A stretch of DNA of 64,000 nt. It comes from Callorhinchus milii (Eukaryota). The number at the start of each line of letters is the position of its first letter. The first letter of the stretch is position 1. The position numbers were made by a program, and so were the translations under genes. Location of the stretch: assembly GCF_018977255.1 (NCBI RefSeq), contig NW_024704742.1, forward strand, positions 114,392,001-114,456,000. The letters run 5' to 3'. Positions 1 to 14,900 of the stretch are shown here, one piece after another. The notes under the pieces were generated by a model. The model did no database searches. It was not told the origin of the DNA and worked only from the letters and a program-made list of their open reading frames with translations.

Positions 1-678
1 AATTCATTGTTACTAGTGGGACATTACTGTGTGGAAAATGGCCACTGCGTTTGCCCACGAAACACACAATCGTTCGATTTTGCGGTTTATCCCTTCAAGA
101 GCTTTTCGATGTGCTCGTGAAGTGGCAATACACCAAATACAAGATTTTTTTTTATCAGTTCACCACCAACATCACTTCCTGTTTACTCTGTGTGTGCAAA
201 GCAGCAAGTGACATAGACAAGGAAGTTGGCTATTATTTTTTAGTTTGAAAAGCTAAATAATAGAATTATGCAGCACGAAGGAGGCCATTCGGTCCATCAT
301 CTCTGTGCCGGCTCTTTGAAAAGAGGCTTTAAAATGGCTGACTTCTGAGTACGGTTGCTGCCTGGCTGACTTTTAACTAGCCTGGCCACTTTTTTATTAC
401 TGCCTTGCCGGTTGCCGGTAAAAAATTTAATGTGCCGGTTTTCTGAGCAAATCACCTATTAATGTCACGATTCACACTTTCATTCAAACGTGCGGAAAGC
501 ACAAATTGTGTACAATTTGTATCTATTCAAACTGCACATTAAAGATCCTTGGTTTAATGTCCGGCCGGGTTTTTTGCATCTCGGATGTGACAACCTTCGA
601 GTCATTAGGCTCTGTGTCATTAGGTTGCCAACTGCCATCACATCCTGCTTTGTACATGCAAAGCATACTGGAAGTGAT

Positions 679-1109
679 CATAGAAACATAGGAATTAGGA
701 GCAGGAGTAGGCCATTCAGCCCCTCGAGCCTGCCCCTCCATTCAACAGGATCATGGCTGATCTTCTAACCTAACTCCATCTGCCCGCCTTATCCCCAGAT
801 CCTTTAATCCCTCTATCCTTTAGAAATCTATCAATCTCAGTCTTGAATATGTTCAAGGACTGAGCATCTACAGACTTCTGGGGTAGAGAATTCCATAAAT
901 TCACTGCCCTCTGAGTGAAGAAGTGATTCCTCAACTCTGTTCGAAAGGCTGACCCTTAATCTTAAGACTGTGACCCCCAGTTATAAATTCTCCTACCAGG
1001 GGAAACAGTCTCACACTGTCTACTCTGTCAAGCCCATAAGAATCTTACATGTTTCTATAAGATCACCCCTAATTCTTCTATATTCTAGAGAATATAGGCC
1101 TAGTTTACT
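679..1109 (-). mobile_element. CR1 LINE, 5'-truncated 3' end
   Basis: Reverse complement of a CR1 3' UTR (catagaaacatagg...ggccattcagcccctcgagcctgc) plus the ORF2 C-terminus; closely similar to 38494-39127. Confidence 0.88.
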
Positions 1110-4100
1110 GAAGTGGGGATCGTGGGGATGACCTGTTGATCAACAAGTCTGTCATTTTTGGCACATAGGAAGGTGCCCACAGTCGTGTTACAATGTGATT
1201 TTACTTACAATATAGGTGCTCGGTCGCCTGAATTGTAAGCAAAACCATGTTGTAACATGACTCGCTCTGTGGATATATATATAAGGCAATCAAGAGAGCA
1301 GGAATTACCCTGGGCCTGCCACAGTTTAACGATTAATGCTACACTTAGAAAAGTGTTAACATGTAGAAATGGAATTCGGAGAACCAATTCCAAAATACTC
1401 ACAGTTTAGGGGGAAACATTGCTATTCAAATGGGAATACTGGCTTTGCTACTTAATAAAACAAGCACACACAAACACACACAAGAGATTAAGCCACAGTC
1501 TACCTCCAGGTAAAGCCATTTGTTTCTCAGGGACTAGCTTCACCTAGCTGTGAAGGATGATGATTCTGTGTTTCTTAATGAGCAGCAGGATTAAAACAAT
1601 CAATTGTATGCAATGTGTATTTGGTATGTGAATGATACAATGATGCAAATAATGCATGTGATTTGAAGATGTCACCAAAATTATATACTTGTTGCTCAAA
1701 GAGCGTTTTAATCCAGTTAAACCAGTTTTCATACTTTGTGTATGCAATTTACCTCAAATTCTATTTTTTTCTATTCACCTATTCCTCTACCAACCATCTG
1801 TTTTCACACTAATTCATCTCTTTTCTCTATGTTCCATCTCAGACATCTCACTTCACATTTTTTGTCCTTTTTCCACTTTCTCTATATCTCTCCTCATTTT
1901 TCTGTGCTCCATTTCTTTCCATTCCTTATACCTTCATTTTTCCCTCATCCCCTCCGCTCACCCATCCATATCTTCCATACTTTTCTTACCTGTTGGTGTT
2001 CTCAATTTTATGCCCTTCATTTCTAAAGTTACTCTGTCATGTTGGTACAGCTAGTCTGCCAGTACAAACCAAGGACAGACATCATGTAACACTGCAAAAA
2101 TGCCATACCCCATATTAGGCCTCTGTACATCTGCTCACTTCAGCAAGTGAAAAATGTCCCGAATGGCAGCCATTTTTGTTATATACGCACTTAGCGATTT
2201 AAATCTCAAAACCACAAGTGACTTGATATTGGTGGTTTACAAAGAAAACCTATAATCACTACCACATTTATAAATAGAGTCGACATTTAAATTGTTACAA
2301 AGATATTATATAACAGAAGTAACTTCAATTTTGCTGAAGTCAGCAGAAGCTACAGAGTACTACAGATCTTACGTTGCATGAAGCAGTCAAAAAATACTAC
2401 ATATATTAGATATACATCTTTATAATTGCAACTTATCCATACGCATCATGGAAAGCAAGAACAGTGAAAGGAACTGTTTAATTTTCAAATACAGTGTGTT
2501 AACTAACATATTTTACACAATAGAATGCAGTATCATTAAAACACACTTCTATGTAGTGTGAATTTGATCTAACGCTATTATATAAGTATAGTGGTTCCAC
2601 TGTGGACCCCATTGATTGTGCATGTGTGCAGCCGGTCACTCGCGGTAAAATGGGCAACTTCTCGGTCACTGACCAATGAAATCATTTTCTGCTTGCTGCA
2701 GATGAACAAAGCAGCAAGTGACATCAGTAGTAATCTGAAGGCCCCGAAGTTAACCGTTTTAACTTTTCCCACTCTAAAAAAAACACCGACTTCCTAGTCA
2801 ATGGCACTTCTTGCTTTGCCCATGCATGGCAAATTTAAAAGTACTCAGCAGTGACTGATAACCTGGAATTTGGTCATTTTTCTTATATCAATTGGGACCA
2901 TAACATTCAAATATGCCTTATGTGGAATCCGAGTTATAGGCAAACAACATATAAAATTCGATTTAATCAATAATCTACGTTGCATGCGTAATTCAACGCA
3001 GCCAGTAAGTGCGCATGCGGTACCTCGTCACTGCAGCATGTGTAGTGACGGACCAAGACTACATTACATCCTGCGATTCATTACATCTTGACACATCGCC
3101 ACATGCTCAGTTACCAACAAGCATTGGAATCGCATTGAATCACGCGGCAACAGAACAAGACTACGTTGCCCGTCATTCAATGCAGCCGGCGCATGCTTCA
3201 ACCGGTCAGGGCATCATTTCCCATGATTTAATGCAGCAGGTAAGTGCGGGAGTAATCAAAAATATGATAGCAGTGGTATTAGTTAAGTAATGATTTGCTT
3301 GTAAAATACAAATCATGCAAAGAAATCTAAGTTGTTTTGATAGGCAACTGAATGGACTCAAGTACATGCACGACTTAGGTGACTATATGATTTATAAAGA
3401 TAAGACTTATGCGAGTTTTACTGTACAACCATAGTATGACAGTGGGCCAGTTCTTTCGCTCTCTTGCTCTCTCTCTCTCTCTACTTTTCATTCTCAGTCT
3501 TTCTCTACCTCTGACACTTTAAATCCTCTCTCTTACTCTCCCTCTCATTCGCCCTCCCCGTCTCTACCCTACCAAGCACTTGCAAAAATATTTCCTTAAT
3601 AAACACACTTATCTCGAATTACTGGATCACAGTTGCACTGGATGTGTAAATCTCTGACCTGGGAACCTCAGGGACATGCACATGACTAATTTTTTTTGCC
3701 ACTTTTGCACTTCTGCATCAGAGCCTGAGGTGGATAAAACAATAGGTAGACTGTTGTTGCGCAGATATGTGGCATTCTACCAGGTAACATTCTCCCAAAT
3801 GTTATCAAACAATAAATTACAGTTGGGGGAGTTACTCTATTAAACATAACAGGAGTCGAAAGAAATATTAACATTTGGGCTTCTGTGCCACATCAAGCAC
3901 TTTAACTTCCCCATGCCTCAGAGCACGACTATATAAATCTGAACAACCGCCAACAATATTACCACCTTAGTAATATTACACAATCCCCATATTATACAGC
4001 CCTATGCACAAAGTCCATTTGTCCAATACGCCTATTCACTGTCTGATCAGCTGACCTAGAGTAGAAGCAACAGAGCAAAGAAGCCTTTCGTCTGCTCTCT

Positions 4101-7100
4101 GCATAGGACGTCTTGCGTGTATTGTGTGGGGGAGGGGGTGGGTAGCAGTCATATATTTTGCTTCACATCATTTCTAGTTCAGGCTTAATTCATTGTTGCC
4201 ACCCAGTATTTTCCTGTTTGGCACCTAGGGTGACTTCATGACTCTCCAAGCATACAATTGGATGTATTTTTAAGGGGAGGAAAAGAGAATGAACCTTGCA
4301 GACCATTCACAAACTCCTGTGTACCACACCCATGAAGGTGTTCTTGTGTTTCTCAACGTGACAGTGATTTTTGTAGATCACTTATTCTCTGCCATCCTCA
4401 ATCATGTTTCAAACGTGAATCAAGCAACAGCCCACTGCAGCCAGCTTCATACAGGTTGATTTCTGTCTAGGTCACCCAACCTACCTTTAAATTTGCTAGT
4501 TAAAAGCAGCTCAAAAGGCAGAATTGTCTCTAACATCATGAAGTTCCACTCCATGATTGGGGACATGAATTACAGTTATTCCTGATGTCAATGGAGTTGA
4601 ACTCCATGAAATTTAGTTAGGGGCCATGTTACACAAAATGTCTGCTCATGGACTGCCTTCAAAGTACCATTGAAGAAGGAAACAGAATACCCAACACGGT
4701 AAGTATTCAATACTATATCACAGGTTTATTTTGTGGTCAATTTAAATTTGCTCCTTTTTCAGGCTCCACAAATTTCAATTCACCGCAAAAATATACCAGT
4801 GGAGCTGCAACTAAGCAGAGCCAGCTGAATATTTTATACACCAACAGTAATTTTTCAGAAAAATGCTTTGATACCCAGGATACCAAAATATTCATTACAT
4901 ACAAATTTCTTTCTGGATTTACATAATATTTTCTTACATGTGTTGTCTTTTGGTCAGGGGGCATCTGAAATCCACCTCTCCATAATTAAGATTCTCCAAC
5001 CCGAACTACCGAGAGGACTACAATATAATAATAATCCTTGCATTTGATATATCGCCTGATCAATTTTTTGAGAGGTCTCAAAGTGCTTCATAGAATATAC
5101 TGTAAAGTGAATTGACTGTATATTTTGAGATTATGGGCTAATTCAGTTAGCAACACCGTTTTCTTGGTGGCCACAGGCACAGTTGAGAAGAAAGGTTTTA
5201 AGGTGGGTTTTGAAGGTAGAGAACAATAAAACAAGTAGCATACTTCCTGGTCACTGTTATCACATGCAGAAACACAAAGTGACATTGGCGGTAATTCAAT
5301 GACCCAGATGTTGTTCATTTTTTTTTAGTGCTGGGAAAACCAGCTGGTCTCTTCCAAGACAGTCAAACCAGACAGCTCCCAAACACTGTGTTATAACAAA
5401 CACAGATTGTGCATTGTGTCTGGAACAATTTCGCCTTAAGCTAGGAAGTTTTTTAAAAAGATTAGAATTTGTATTCAAAAAAATTAACAAAAAACAGAAG
5501 TTTGTAGGGAATGTAAAGAAAAAAGTAGATGCCATTGCAAAATATATATTGCAAATCATGCATTATATTTTGGTTTACTAGTATTAAAAACAAAAAAGAA
5601 AACATGGGATTTTTTTTAAAAATGGGATTTTTTAAAAAAATGAAAAAATGATTTCATATAAAATATGAAATTTCACTTATATAATTATTATGATGTGATT
5701 GTGTAATTTTTTTTAGGTTGTGAAATATAATTATTGAGATTAACAGTTAGTGCATTGATAATCATAATACCCACACATTTCCTCCAGACTAAAAGATTCA
5801 GATGGGCGTCTATTGCACATAAACAAGTAGAATATACAGACACTATCTTACATACTGTAAGATTTTTATTTTTTCCTCTTTCCCTGTTCTTAATCCCATC
5901 CCAACCAATCTACCATTGCTACATCTCACCATCATGTTCCAACTGCTAGGCAGGAGGTATGGGCAGTCTAGGCCATATACCTCTCATGACTGCCATCAAT
6001 GGTACTCTGATCAGCCAACGGTAAAGAGATGTTACACAGCAGGGATAGTCCTGCAGTTTTCTGTCGAAGATGTAGTGATTCATTCCTACTTACAATTCAA
6101 CCCAATGTCATAGCTCTGAATTGGCAAATGCACTCAATGACAGTCGATTAATTCTGATAGTTGGGATTGTGAATCATCATTCTCAGATTGGTAATGCAAT
6201 ATCACTTAAGTTACTGAACAATAACATCCTTATTTTTATAGGATAAGATGATAAAGTTTGATCACACCCAGGCCTTCTCAATTTACTTAGTCCTATTTTA
6301 TGTAAAAAACTGTTGTGGTGGGTACAAAATATGTCCTTAGTAGTGATATGAAAAATACACACAAAATAATGATTTGTTATATTTGGAAATGTAGTCTTTC
6401 AGGTGTATAAAAGTGGAAGCTGTATTCTAAAGCTCTGGAAATTTGAATTAGAGCTCTTCTATTTGAAAAGGAAGGCCTGGAGGAAGTAATTTCAGTACAA
6501 ATACACATAATGTGTTTAAAGAAAACTGTTTTTCTCAAGTTGAATTTTCAAACAGTTCAATAAAAATGGTAACTAAGATGTTACTTCTCCAAGGTTTCAG
6601 TTGTTTTGGTCAACTAGGAGTCTAACACTCATAGAAACACCTTGCCATTCTTAAGACTCCTGTATGAAGCAGTTTTTTTGCTGGTCATTTATTGAATGCC
6701 CAATCTCTCCCATGGAGGGAGACACATCATCCTTGCCGATGTACTGAGAACATTGATGAATGATGCCACAATCCATAGTGTTGGGGACTCTAAAGTGAAC
6801 ATTGGAGTGCTGCTGGAATTGAACCTAGTAAACTGCACACCTTAACAGTACAAGATACTCATAAATGTTCACCTTCTTATACATCTAGAACGAAGACACC
6901 AGTTGGAGAATTGGCCAGCAGGATAAGAGAAGCCAAATGGGAAGAATCACATGCCCAAGTAACAAGTCTACCTCTTGTTACTGAGGAGCCAAATCGGCTG
7001 CTCAATTATCAACCACCTGGAATATTTCAGACCTCCTGGTTAGGGACTATATCACTAAGTCCACCAAAAAGAGATGTATCTATGCCATGCATTTTACTAC

Positions 7101-9482
7101 GGAACCAGAGAGATCCTGTGCTAACTATTTCAAGCATAATGATATGGTTTGGGATGTGACAACAGGATTTGAGACATAATTTGAACAACAACAGATTTGC
7201 CTGGTACGATGTTGAGATTTGGGATTTTTAGGTAAAAAATGTTGGAATATAACCAAATCACATTATAATTGGGCCTCATTATAACAAAGCACATTATTCT
7301 GAGGTTCTCCTATGCCAGAAGCCAGGGAACACACTGTAACCTAACATTAGGGTGACTCCACCAGTTAAAGGTGTAAAACCTCAGCAGTGGTTGTTTAGCT
7401 CCCTACATAGCAGCCAACGTATCTTTGATAGAACAACATGTGCTCAAAAACCCATATGTCAGGTTATGTCATTCAGTAACCATCATCCCATACCTCAGTT
7501 TATTTGCCACTCTTTTGATGAACAGCCAGCCCCTTCAAATTGGTGGAGGTCCAAATTGCAAAGCAATTTACAATGTGCCTATGAGCTTTGTAATAAAACC
7601 ACATTTTGTATAATCAAAATAATTAAATTGAGAGTACAGGTTCCAACATTCCCTATTGGAATCCATAAAATTTCTCACTGTTTTAGAAGAGATTGGCAAA
7701 AAAAAAAATGGCAGCCTGTCCAGCTTCCAGGTATAACCATGCCACTGATATCACTTCTAACTTCTGGCACGGACCACTCTGTGGGAATGTACAGGAAGCT
7801 TGAAATGTGAGGCACTTCCAGTAACCATGAGTTCACAGGAGACTCAAGCTATAAGCATCTTGTGTTCTAGCGAGGTACTTAATAATGAGATCTTCTGGGA
7901 GGGAGGCGAGGGAAAAATTCCTTGAATGTTAAAACATAACCCTGACAGCCTGTAAATAATGGATAACTGATAGGAATGCATAATGATACTAATCATACAG
8001 CCAATTTTTTTTGGATGTTTTCACCTTTTTCCAATCACTGCACAATGCAATTTTATAGGACTGCAGCTATACCTACCTACACTGTGCCTGCAGAACCTGC
8101 TGGTGTATTGAACTATTATTATTATTAACTAATATAAAATACAATTCCATCAGTGAGATTACACAAATCATCTGAAGATAATATACAAAAATGCTTCCTG
8201 GTTAAGTAAAATAGAATTCCTTACTGCACTGGTCCATTTAAACCATGAAACAATAACTCACAGTTGCAATCTTTTGGCCGTGAAAAATAAATTTCTGGAT
8301 TTTTATACAATGTACATCCACAACACAGAAATTCAATTTAAATTCAGGATTCCACAATCTACTGGAGACTCTTATGAACCGGACAGATCATACAAAGCTC
8401 AGTAAGATAAACATTAAATTAGGTCAGGAGTAAAAAAAATCTGGAAATGGCAGAGAAAACATTTGCCGCTCAACTAGGTGGTTAGATTTTTGCATCTCCT
8501 GGATACCCATCACTTAGATCAATTTATTTGAACAAGTTTCATAAGTTTGTTAAATATTTTATGTTCTATTGGATGGGGGGGGAGGCGTAGAGGAGAGAAA
8601 AAGAAGGTATAGTCCAACTTATCCAAAGTTAGAAAAGACGTGAAAAACTATTCTAGATGTCATGTTTTATATTTAAAAAGTGCACAATTCAATCATACAT
8701 TTCCTACAACTACTATACTAGTCTACATAAAAAATGACCCAATTATGCCTCACTGTTACACTGTTAGAGAGGATTACACTGCTGGAGAGGATTTCATAAC
8801 TAAAGATGTTCATTCCACATGAAAGAGTTCTCAAATCTTTTTTTAAGTCATCAACCTGAAACACAGTAAACCATTTCACTCACTAAACCATAAATATAGC
8901 AAATTAACAGTAGATAGAAATGAATAAACAAATACATTATTTGTTTTAGGTCTCATCTAGTATTTCATCTTATAATTTTCCAATAAATGTTGAAGTCACA
9001 AAATAAAATGCAGAGGAAAAATTTTGAATTCAGCCACTGAATTTATGAACAACAAACAGCTCACAGAAGCAACAATAGGTCACCCCTCCAGCAACTCAGG
9101 CATCCTTTGGAATTTAGGATCATTAGTAATAGTCCCAGAACTATGGAGACCTGACTCAAACCTTAACTCTTCATACAAAAAGTCAGTCAAGCAAACCTGG
9201 ATTCTCAGTCAATAAGCTTCCAAATGACCAGCCTTCTCATTGGTTCTACACAGCAATAGCAGCATTGAAAGAATCACAAAACATATGATACAAAATAGTA
9301 TTACTGCCCTGTACAGTGTACATAGGACTAATGATACAAACACTATTACTGCATTCAATAGAATGTACTACTGTGTAACTGCATTGAATAGAGTACATAT
9401 AAACATTTAATTGGTTGTTAAATAAGGCACAGAAGCTTTAAAAAAAAGCTTAGTCATGTGAATTTAGAATATCGCCATTTAT

Positions 9483-10487
9483 ACAACAACAATGAATTAT
9501 ACTTGTATAGCACCCTTCACGTCAGAAAGACGTCCCAGGGCTCTGGACAGTCAGGATTTTTTGGACCTGAAGCTGGGAGTTGGGGTCAGGAGGAGTGGTG
9601 GGCTGGGGGGTTGGGGTGGGAGGGTTGCAGAAGGCACAGTCGAAGAGGTAAGTCTTTAGACAGGAATTGAGGAAGTAAAGAGAGGGGGTGAGGCGGAGGG
9701 ATTGCGGGATAGAGGTCCAGAGTGTGGGAGCAGAGATGCTGAATGCCGGACCACCAAGTGCGGGGGACCTCAAGTAGGTCGGTGTCTGCCGAGAGGAGGA
9801 AGCGGACAGGCTGATATGGGGTTAGGAGGTCAGAGAGGTAGGGGGAGCAACACCGTGGAGGGCTTTGAAGGTGGGAACAAGCATTTTGTCCCTAATTCTC
9901 TGAGGGATGGGGAGACAGTGAAGCCGGGCAAGAAGGGTGGGATTGGTTCACGGAGCCTGGTGCGGGAGAGAACACGAGCTGTAGAGTTTTGAATAATTTT
10001 AACTAAGAGTTGGGAAGTCCAGTGAGCAGGCAGTTGACATAGTCAAGCCGGGACGTGATGAAAGTGTGGATCAGTGTCTCAGCGGTCTGTGGTGAGACGC
10101 AGAGGCGGACAATGTTGAGGAGGTGGGGAAAGGCGGAACAGGTCACAGCACGAATGTGGGGTTTGAAGGCTAGCTGAGGGTCAAAAAAGGCACCGAGGTT
10201 TTGTATTGGCTCGGTGAGGTGAAGAGTACAGCCATGAATAGTGATCATGTCAGTGGTTGAGATGCAGAGACACTGCCAGAAGCCAAGCAGGAGGGCCGCT
10301 CTCTTGCCAATACTGCAGTTCAGGACTTGATGTCAGACAGACAATCTGCCAGGACATCAACGGTCCTGGAGTCGAAGGTGGAGGCGGTGAGATAGACCTG
10401 GGTGTCATCCGCATACATGTGGAAATTGACCCCATGCCTGCGGATGACATCACCAACGGGAGCAGGTATAGATTGAAGAGGAGATTA
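9483..10487 (-). mobile_element. L2 LINE, 5'-truncated, RT C-terminal half to 3' tail
   Basis: Minus strand encodes degraded HGVNFHMYADDTQVYL, NLGAFFDPQLAFKPHI, SRLDYVN and AFSISAPTLW; (TTG)n tail at about 9483. Confidence 0.92.
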
Positions 10488-10789
10488 TAGTGAGATATAC
10501 TCGTGTCACTTTTTTTAAAAAAACTTGTGTACCCAGTTATTTTCTAATATTCCCAGCTTTGGCATGTACCTCTGCTCATGGTCCCTAATCTCCTCATGCT
10601 GGATGGGTTCCTCATGAACTGGTTGCCCTCAAGGACCCTGCCCAAATTGCCATTGCTCACATGTAAGCCTTCAATGCAAGTGTCGACATGCCACTCAACT
10701 ATAAAGGGCATCACAGTTGAGGTTCATCTCTTCTCACTGCTCCACACAAAGTAGAGGGTATTTAGAATGACCAGGACCAGATCACTATC

Positions 10790-11400
10790 TTTGCGGGAGG
10801 GAGGAGGGGATGTAAGTGGGGTCTCCTTGGAGGTGAACTGGTTCCAAAGAGATATATATTTTTGGTGACAGAATATCAGAATCGAGCCCACCCTCTGGCA
10901 ATCTCAGTAACGGACAGGCGGGTCCGTAGGACTTCAGGGCACTGGCAGCGCTCCCAGGCTGGTTCATTGGCAAGTCTTGGAAGGGCAAACCAGTCACTGG
11001 GGCAGGGATTCTTCCCACTCAGCTCCTGTTAATGCTGCAAGCCAAAGCCCTAACAGGTAGGGTGACCTTAGCTGGACAAGCAACAAGGAAGCTCGTCAGT
11101 GCGAGCTATGTGGTTTTAGCTGGGGAGACTCCAGAAGTACCACAAAACACATTCTGGGGTCCCCATGCTTTGGCTCCTGCCAACCTACACCTCATACTCT
11201 CTGGAATTAGGTAAGTAGGATGCATCCCTCCAGGGAGAGAGTGCGCATTCCATTAAAAAAAATCTCAGAATTTCCATGTATAAGTGGGATGCACGGAACT
11301 CTCTGTTTGGTTTGGATACTCTTAAGCATGGATTTCGACATTTTCCCAGCTGACCATAAAAAAGGAGCAGAACCTGTCTGATTTTCCCCTTCCTAAACCT
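10790..11400. repeat. Unclassified dispersed repeat (about 600 bp), copy 1
   Basis: Colinear similarity to 35320-35885 and, inverted, to 54105-54600. Confidence 0.75.
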
Positions 11401-11604
11401 GGGAAACCAGTGCCAAATAATCACCCCAATGCAGCCCCAGCTAAAACAGCAAACTCCATACAGACGAGCATTCAAATCTGCAAGCTTCCAGAGCATTAAC
11501 TGCAGCTTCAGCCCTTACACCATCAGGGCTGCCCATGTTATATTTTAAATAAAGTGTAAGTACAGAGTGGTAGTTGCAGGAAATATACAGTTAAAACACA
11601 TGTA

Positions 11605-11939
11605 CAGTGGAGCTCTGTTATAACATGGCATAGTGGAACTCTATTATAACATGGCACATTTCAGGTACATAAATTACCAATACGAGTTCTGATGGGATGT
11701 GATCGTGGGTCAACAATTCCACATTCACTGTGCATACATGCAGCATGCCAGCTTCTAGCATCAAAAGGTCATCAAGATTACCACAAGCTCATCTCCTGCG
11801 TGCTGCATTTCGAAGCAAGCTGGCCAGCTTTCTGCATACATTGTGGATTATTTGGTAAGTAAACAACAGAGTCCACGCTCCAATCATACTTTACGCAAAA
11901 CCACCTTTTACCAAAACCCATTTTGGCCGTGTTGCACTG
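11605..11939. mobile_element. Putative Tc1/mariner-pogo (Tigger-like) MITE
   Basis: ta|cagtggagctctgttataac ... cgtgttgcactg|ta: CAGT/ACTG ends with TA flanks. A similar end, tacagtagaaccttgttataa, occurs at 28541. Confidence 0.45.
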
Positions 11940-14900
11940 TAACTATTAGTTAATCTGTAACAGGTGTCAGTCTGGCATAGTTGATAGCACTCTCGCCTCT
12001 GAGGCAGAGGGTTTTAGGTTCAAGCCCCACATTACACTATGGTACGACACTTTAGGTTTGCAGGCATATCTTTATTTTATATCTGCATTGAAGAAATGAA
12101 CATAAAAGAGTGGGCTCCTATGAGAAACAAAGTTACACACGTATGAGTGAGGTTTGTATGCAACTTTAGCATAACTGCGAACCAACAATAAAATAAATTT
12201 GTTTTTACAAATAGTGTGCTGTATTAGACAAAAAAAGAGACTTAGACGGAAACACAGAGATAGACCATCAAAGTCAGAAGAACAGACAGAATCAGATCAA
12301 GAGAGAGAAAGACATACAGAGTCACACACAGAACTAGAGATACAGAGAAAGAGATATTGACAATTAGGAAAAGGAAGCCAGACACATAAGTCTAAATCTA
12401 TATCTTTTTTACTTCACTGTAAAATATATTAAGGTAAATGCTTGTTTTCTGTGGATAAAAAAGCTACATCTTAGAATTACAAGTTCCTTTTTTCACCAGA
12501 CCCTATAAAATCTGCTTCCCCTTTGGTTTGGCGTCACCTTAAATTTGAGTCGATGTGCTAATCTAATCACCACACAATATTAAAATTGCATTCTGTAAAA
12601 CATTGATACAGAAGTGAAATATTGTAATTTCTGTATATAGAATGTCATTTAGATGCAATGTCTATTATTCAATAAAAAGAAAATGAACCAAAAGACATTT
12701 AAAGCTTTGTAAAGGAATAAACAAGCAGTATAGTCTAGTCCATTTCACCGTGAAATGTTAAGCTAGCTAAAGAAGGCTTTCTCAAGTGTTGAGACAAGTA
12801 CATTTTCTTTTCAAAGCACGTTGTTCTCAAGACATGCAACAAATTGTTGGATGTGCTTTTAAACAGATTTTTACTTAAGTGAATATCCCGGTGGACTAAT
12901 TATGGCAGTCTGGGTATAACTTCTAAATACTATTTGAACAAAAACTTGGGAGAGGATTAACTAGATGCAAAAACCAAATAAAAAGTATTTTTCCCCACTA
13001 GAGGGTTGGAATACATCAAGCATGCTTGTACATGAAACCTGAAACTTGTAAAATTAACACTTTAGTAGTAATTATTCATGTTCCACAGTATAGGTGCAAC
13101 ACAATCAGCAGCTTCAACTACAGTAAGCTGCTTTAATGAAACAATGGGCATTGGCTGCTACTAGTAGTTTAGGAGACAATGTATTATAATGCGAGCTTGC
13201 TTATAGCATGAGTGGACCCTAATGTTTATTTAGCAGCAAAATTCACAATATGCATGGAAATCAAGCCAACTTGCTTCAAAATAGTGTTGTTGACTTCAAA
13301 ATACCAGCCAGCTTCCCACTTGCTAAAAGATGGCCACCTTCCAGGTCATCAGGCCAGCTCTAGGCAGATATTTACTTAAACTTAAAATTACCTGTATTAT
13401 CACTCGCTATTGAAAGAACTTTATTTTCTTCGTACTTAAAGGATAAATGGACAGGACAAATCCATTACATTGTGCAATATTCTAATGTGTGATATTCTAT
13501 ATAAAACTAAATGGACTGCAAGACCACAGGTTACTATTAATAACACGTATGAAAAAAAGTTTGCAGATCAAACTATAATGTTAAATTGAAGTAAAAATTA
13601 GATGATAGAAGACAAAGTAAAAAGACAAGAGTCAAAACTTTAAAAAATTATGAAAATGTTACATTATCTAAGGAAACAACAGAAATATTTTCACCTCTTC
13701 ATTTTAGGATATTAAAATGTACCATACTTCACACATGGAATGAATATAAATGATGGATCCCTTCTGAAGGACCCACATGTTAGCATGTCTTTAAAAGCTG
13801 CCCTTCTACTTGTCAGTTATAAACAACTGACCGAGGTACACTCAAACTTTTTCAGCACAATGCATCAAACTGGAAATATCATATACTATACAGACCTCAA
13901 ATCTTCTCTCAATAAATGTAAACTGACACAAAACTAACCACCAGCACCACCACCACCACGCAGTTATATAGCACCTTCATGCGGGTAACGGCTCGTAGCG
14001 CACAACAGTGGTGTAGTTTGACGTCAAGCTGGAAAGGGAGGGGAGATGACCAAACGCATGGTTGAAAGTGAGATTGAGGATCTTTAAATTGTCACAAGTC
14101 ACAGAAAATTTAAATTTATGCAGTATAAATTTATACAATAGCAAAACAAAATTATTAAAGTAGATAGAAGGTGACATAGTTATATCATGGTGGTTTGGGT
14201 CTGTAAAATTAGACACTGTTATAAACTAGAAAAATGGCAGCCGGATTCCCCCTTTCAGGTCATCGGGTTGCCGCTGATGTTACTTCCAGCATTTGTATTG
14301 CGGATTAGCCGGCTCGTGGCCCATGTGTGCAGCGTCTCGGAAGCCAGCTAGTCAGCACAACTACTCTCGCAAGCGTTTTTGGTGCTAGAAACATTCGAGA
14401 GAGTGGTCGCAGTTGACCAGCCAGCTTCCTGTTCCCAAGTGCAGGAAGTCACCCAATTTGTACTGGATGCATATCACACTTCCCAGTAACTACATATCCA
14501 TTGAAGATCTGAATTTTTAGAAAACCTGAGCTCAAGCAAGGCACCTTATAACTTGTATTACATTAGTGTTTAATATTCAAATGTTCCTAAATAAAATACC
14601 TTGACAATCCAAAACAAAATAGATCTGAAAATTTGAAAAAACATCCACCAATAATTTCAAGCAACAGATGAATTGCAAATTCCACAGGAAGCAATGCTGT
14701 AACAGCAACTACAATTCAAAAAGCACATAACAAATCATAGAAAGGTTCTCAATACCACCAATTAGCATCCTTACTGCAAAGTTAATCAAATTGTATCAAG
14801 TACAAAAGTCTTCAAATTTGCAAAATCATATGTTATGTTTTTTTTAAGAGAAGTTGCTCCTACAAGCCACTTCATTGTGAGTAGCCATATTCCTGTCCCC

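Noticed and set aside
1209..1266. Possible 58-nt minus-strand exon (cag...gtaagt)
   Set aside because: No polypyrimidine tract, no SSDP similarity, it would frameshift, and the context resembles a Tigger-like MITE remnant.
4537..4608. Imperfect inverted repeat of about 17-20 bp (catgaagttccactcca / tggagttgaactccatg)
   Set aside because: Short and degraded; probably a small MITE remnant with nothing further to support function.
5880..6150. Faint LF-SINE-like similarity (also about 54635-54680); other very old SINE-like pieces at about 10580-10790, 27445-27625, 45360-45690, 57490-57680
   Set aside because: Too degraded to assign by eye; needs a Dfam HMM search.
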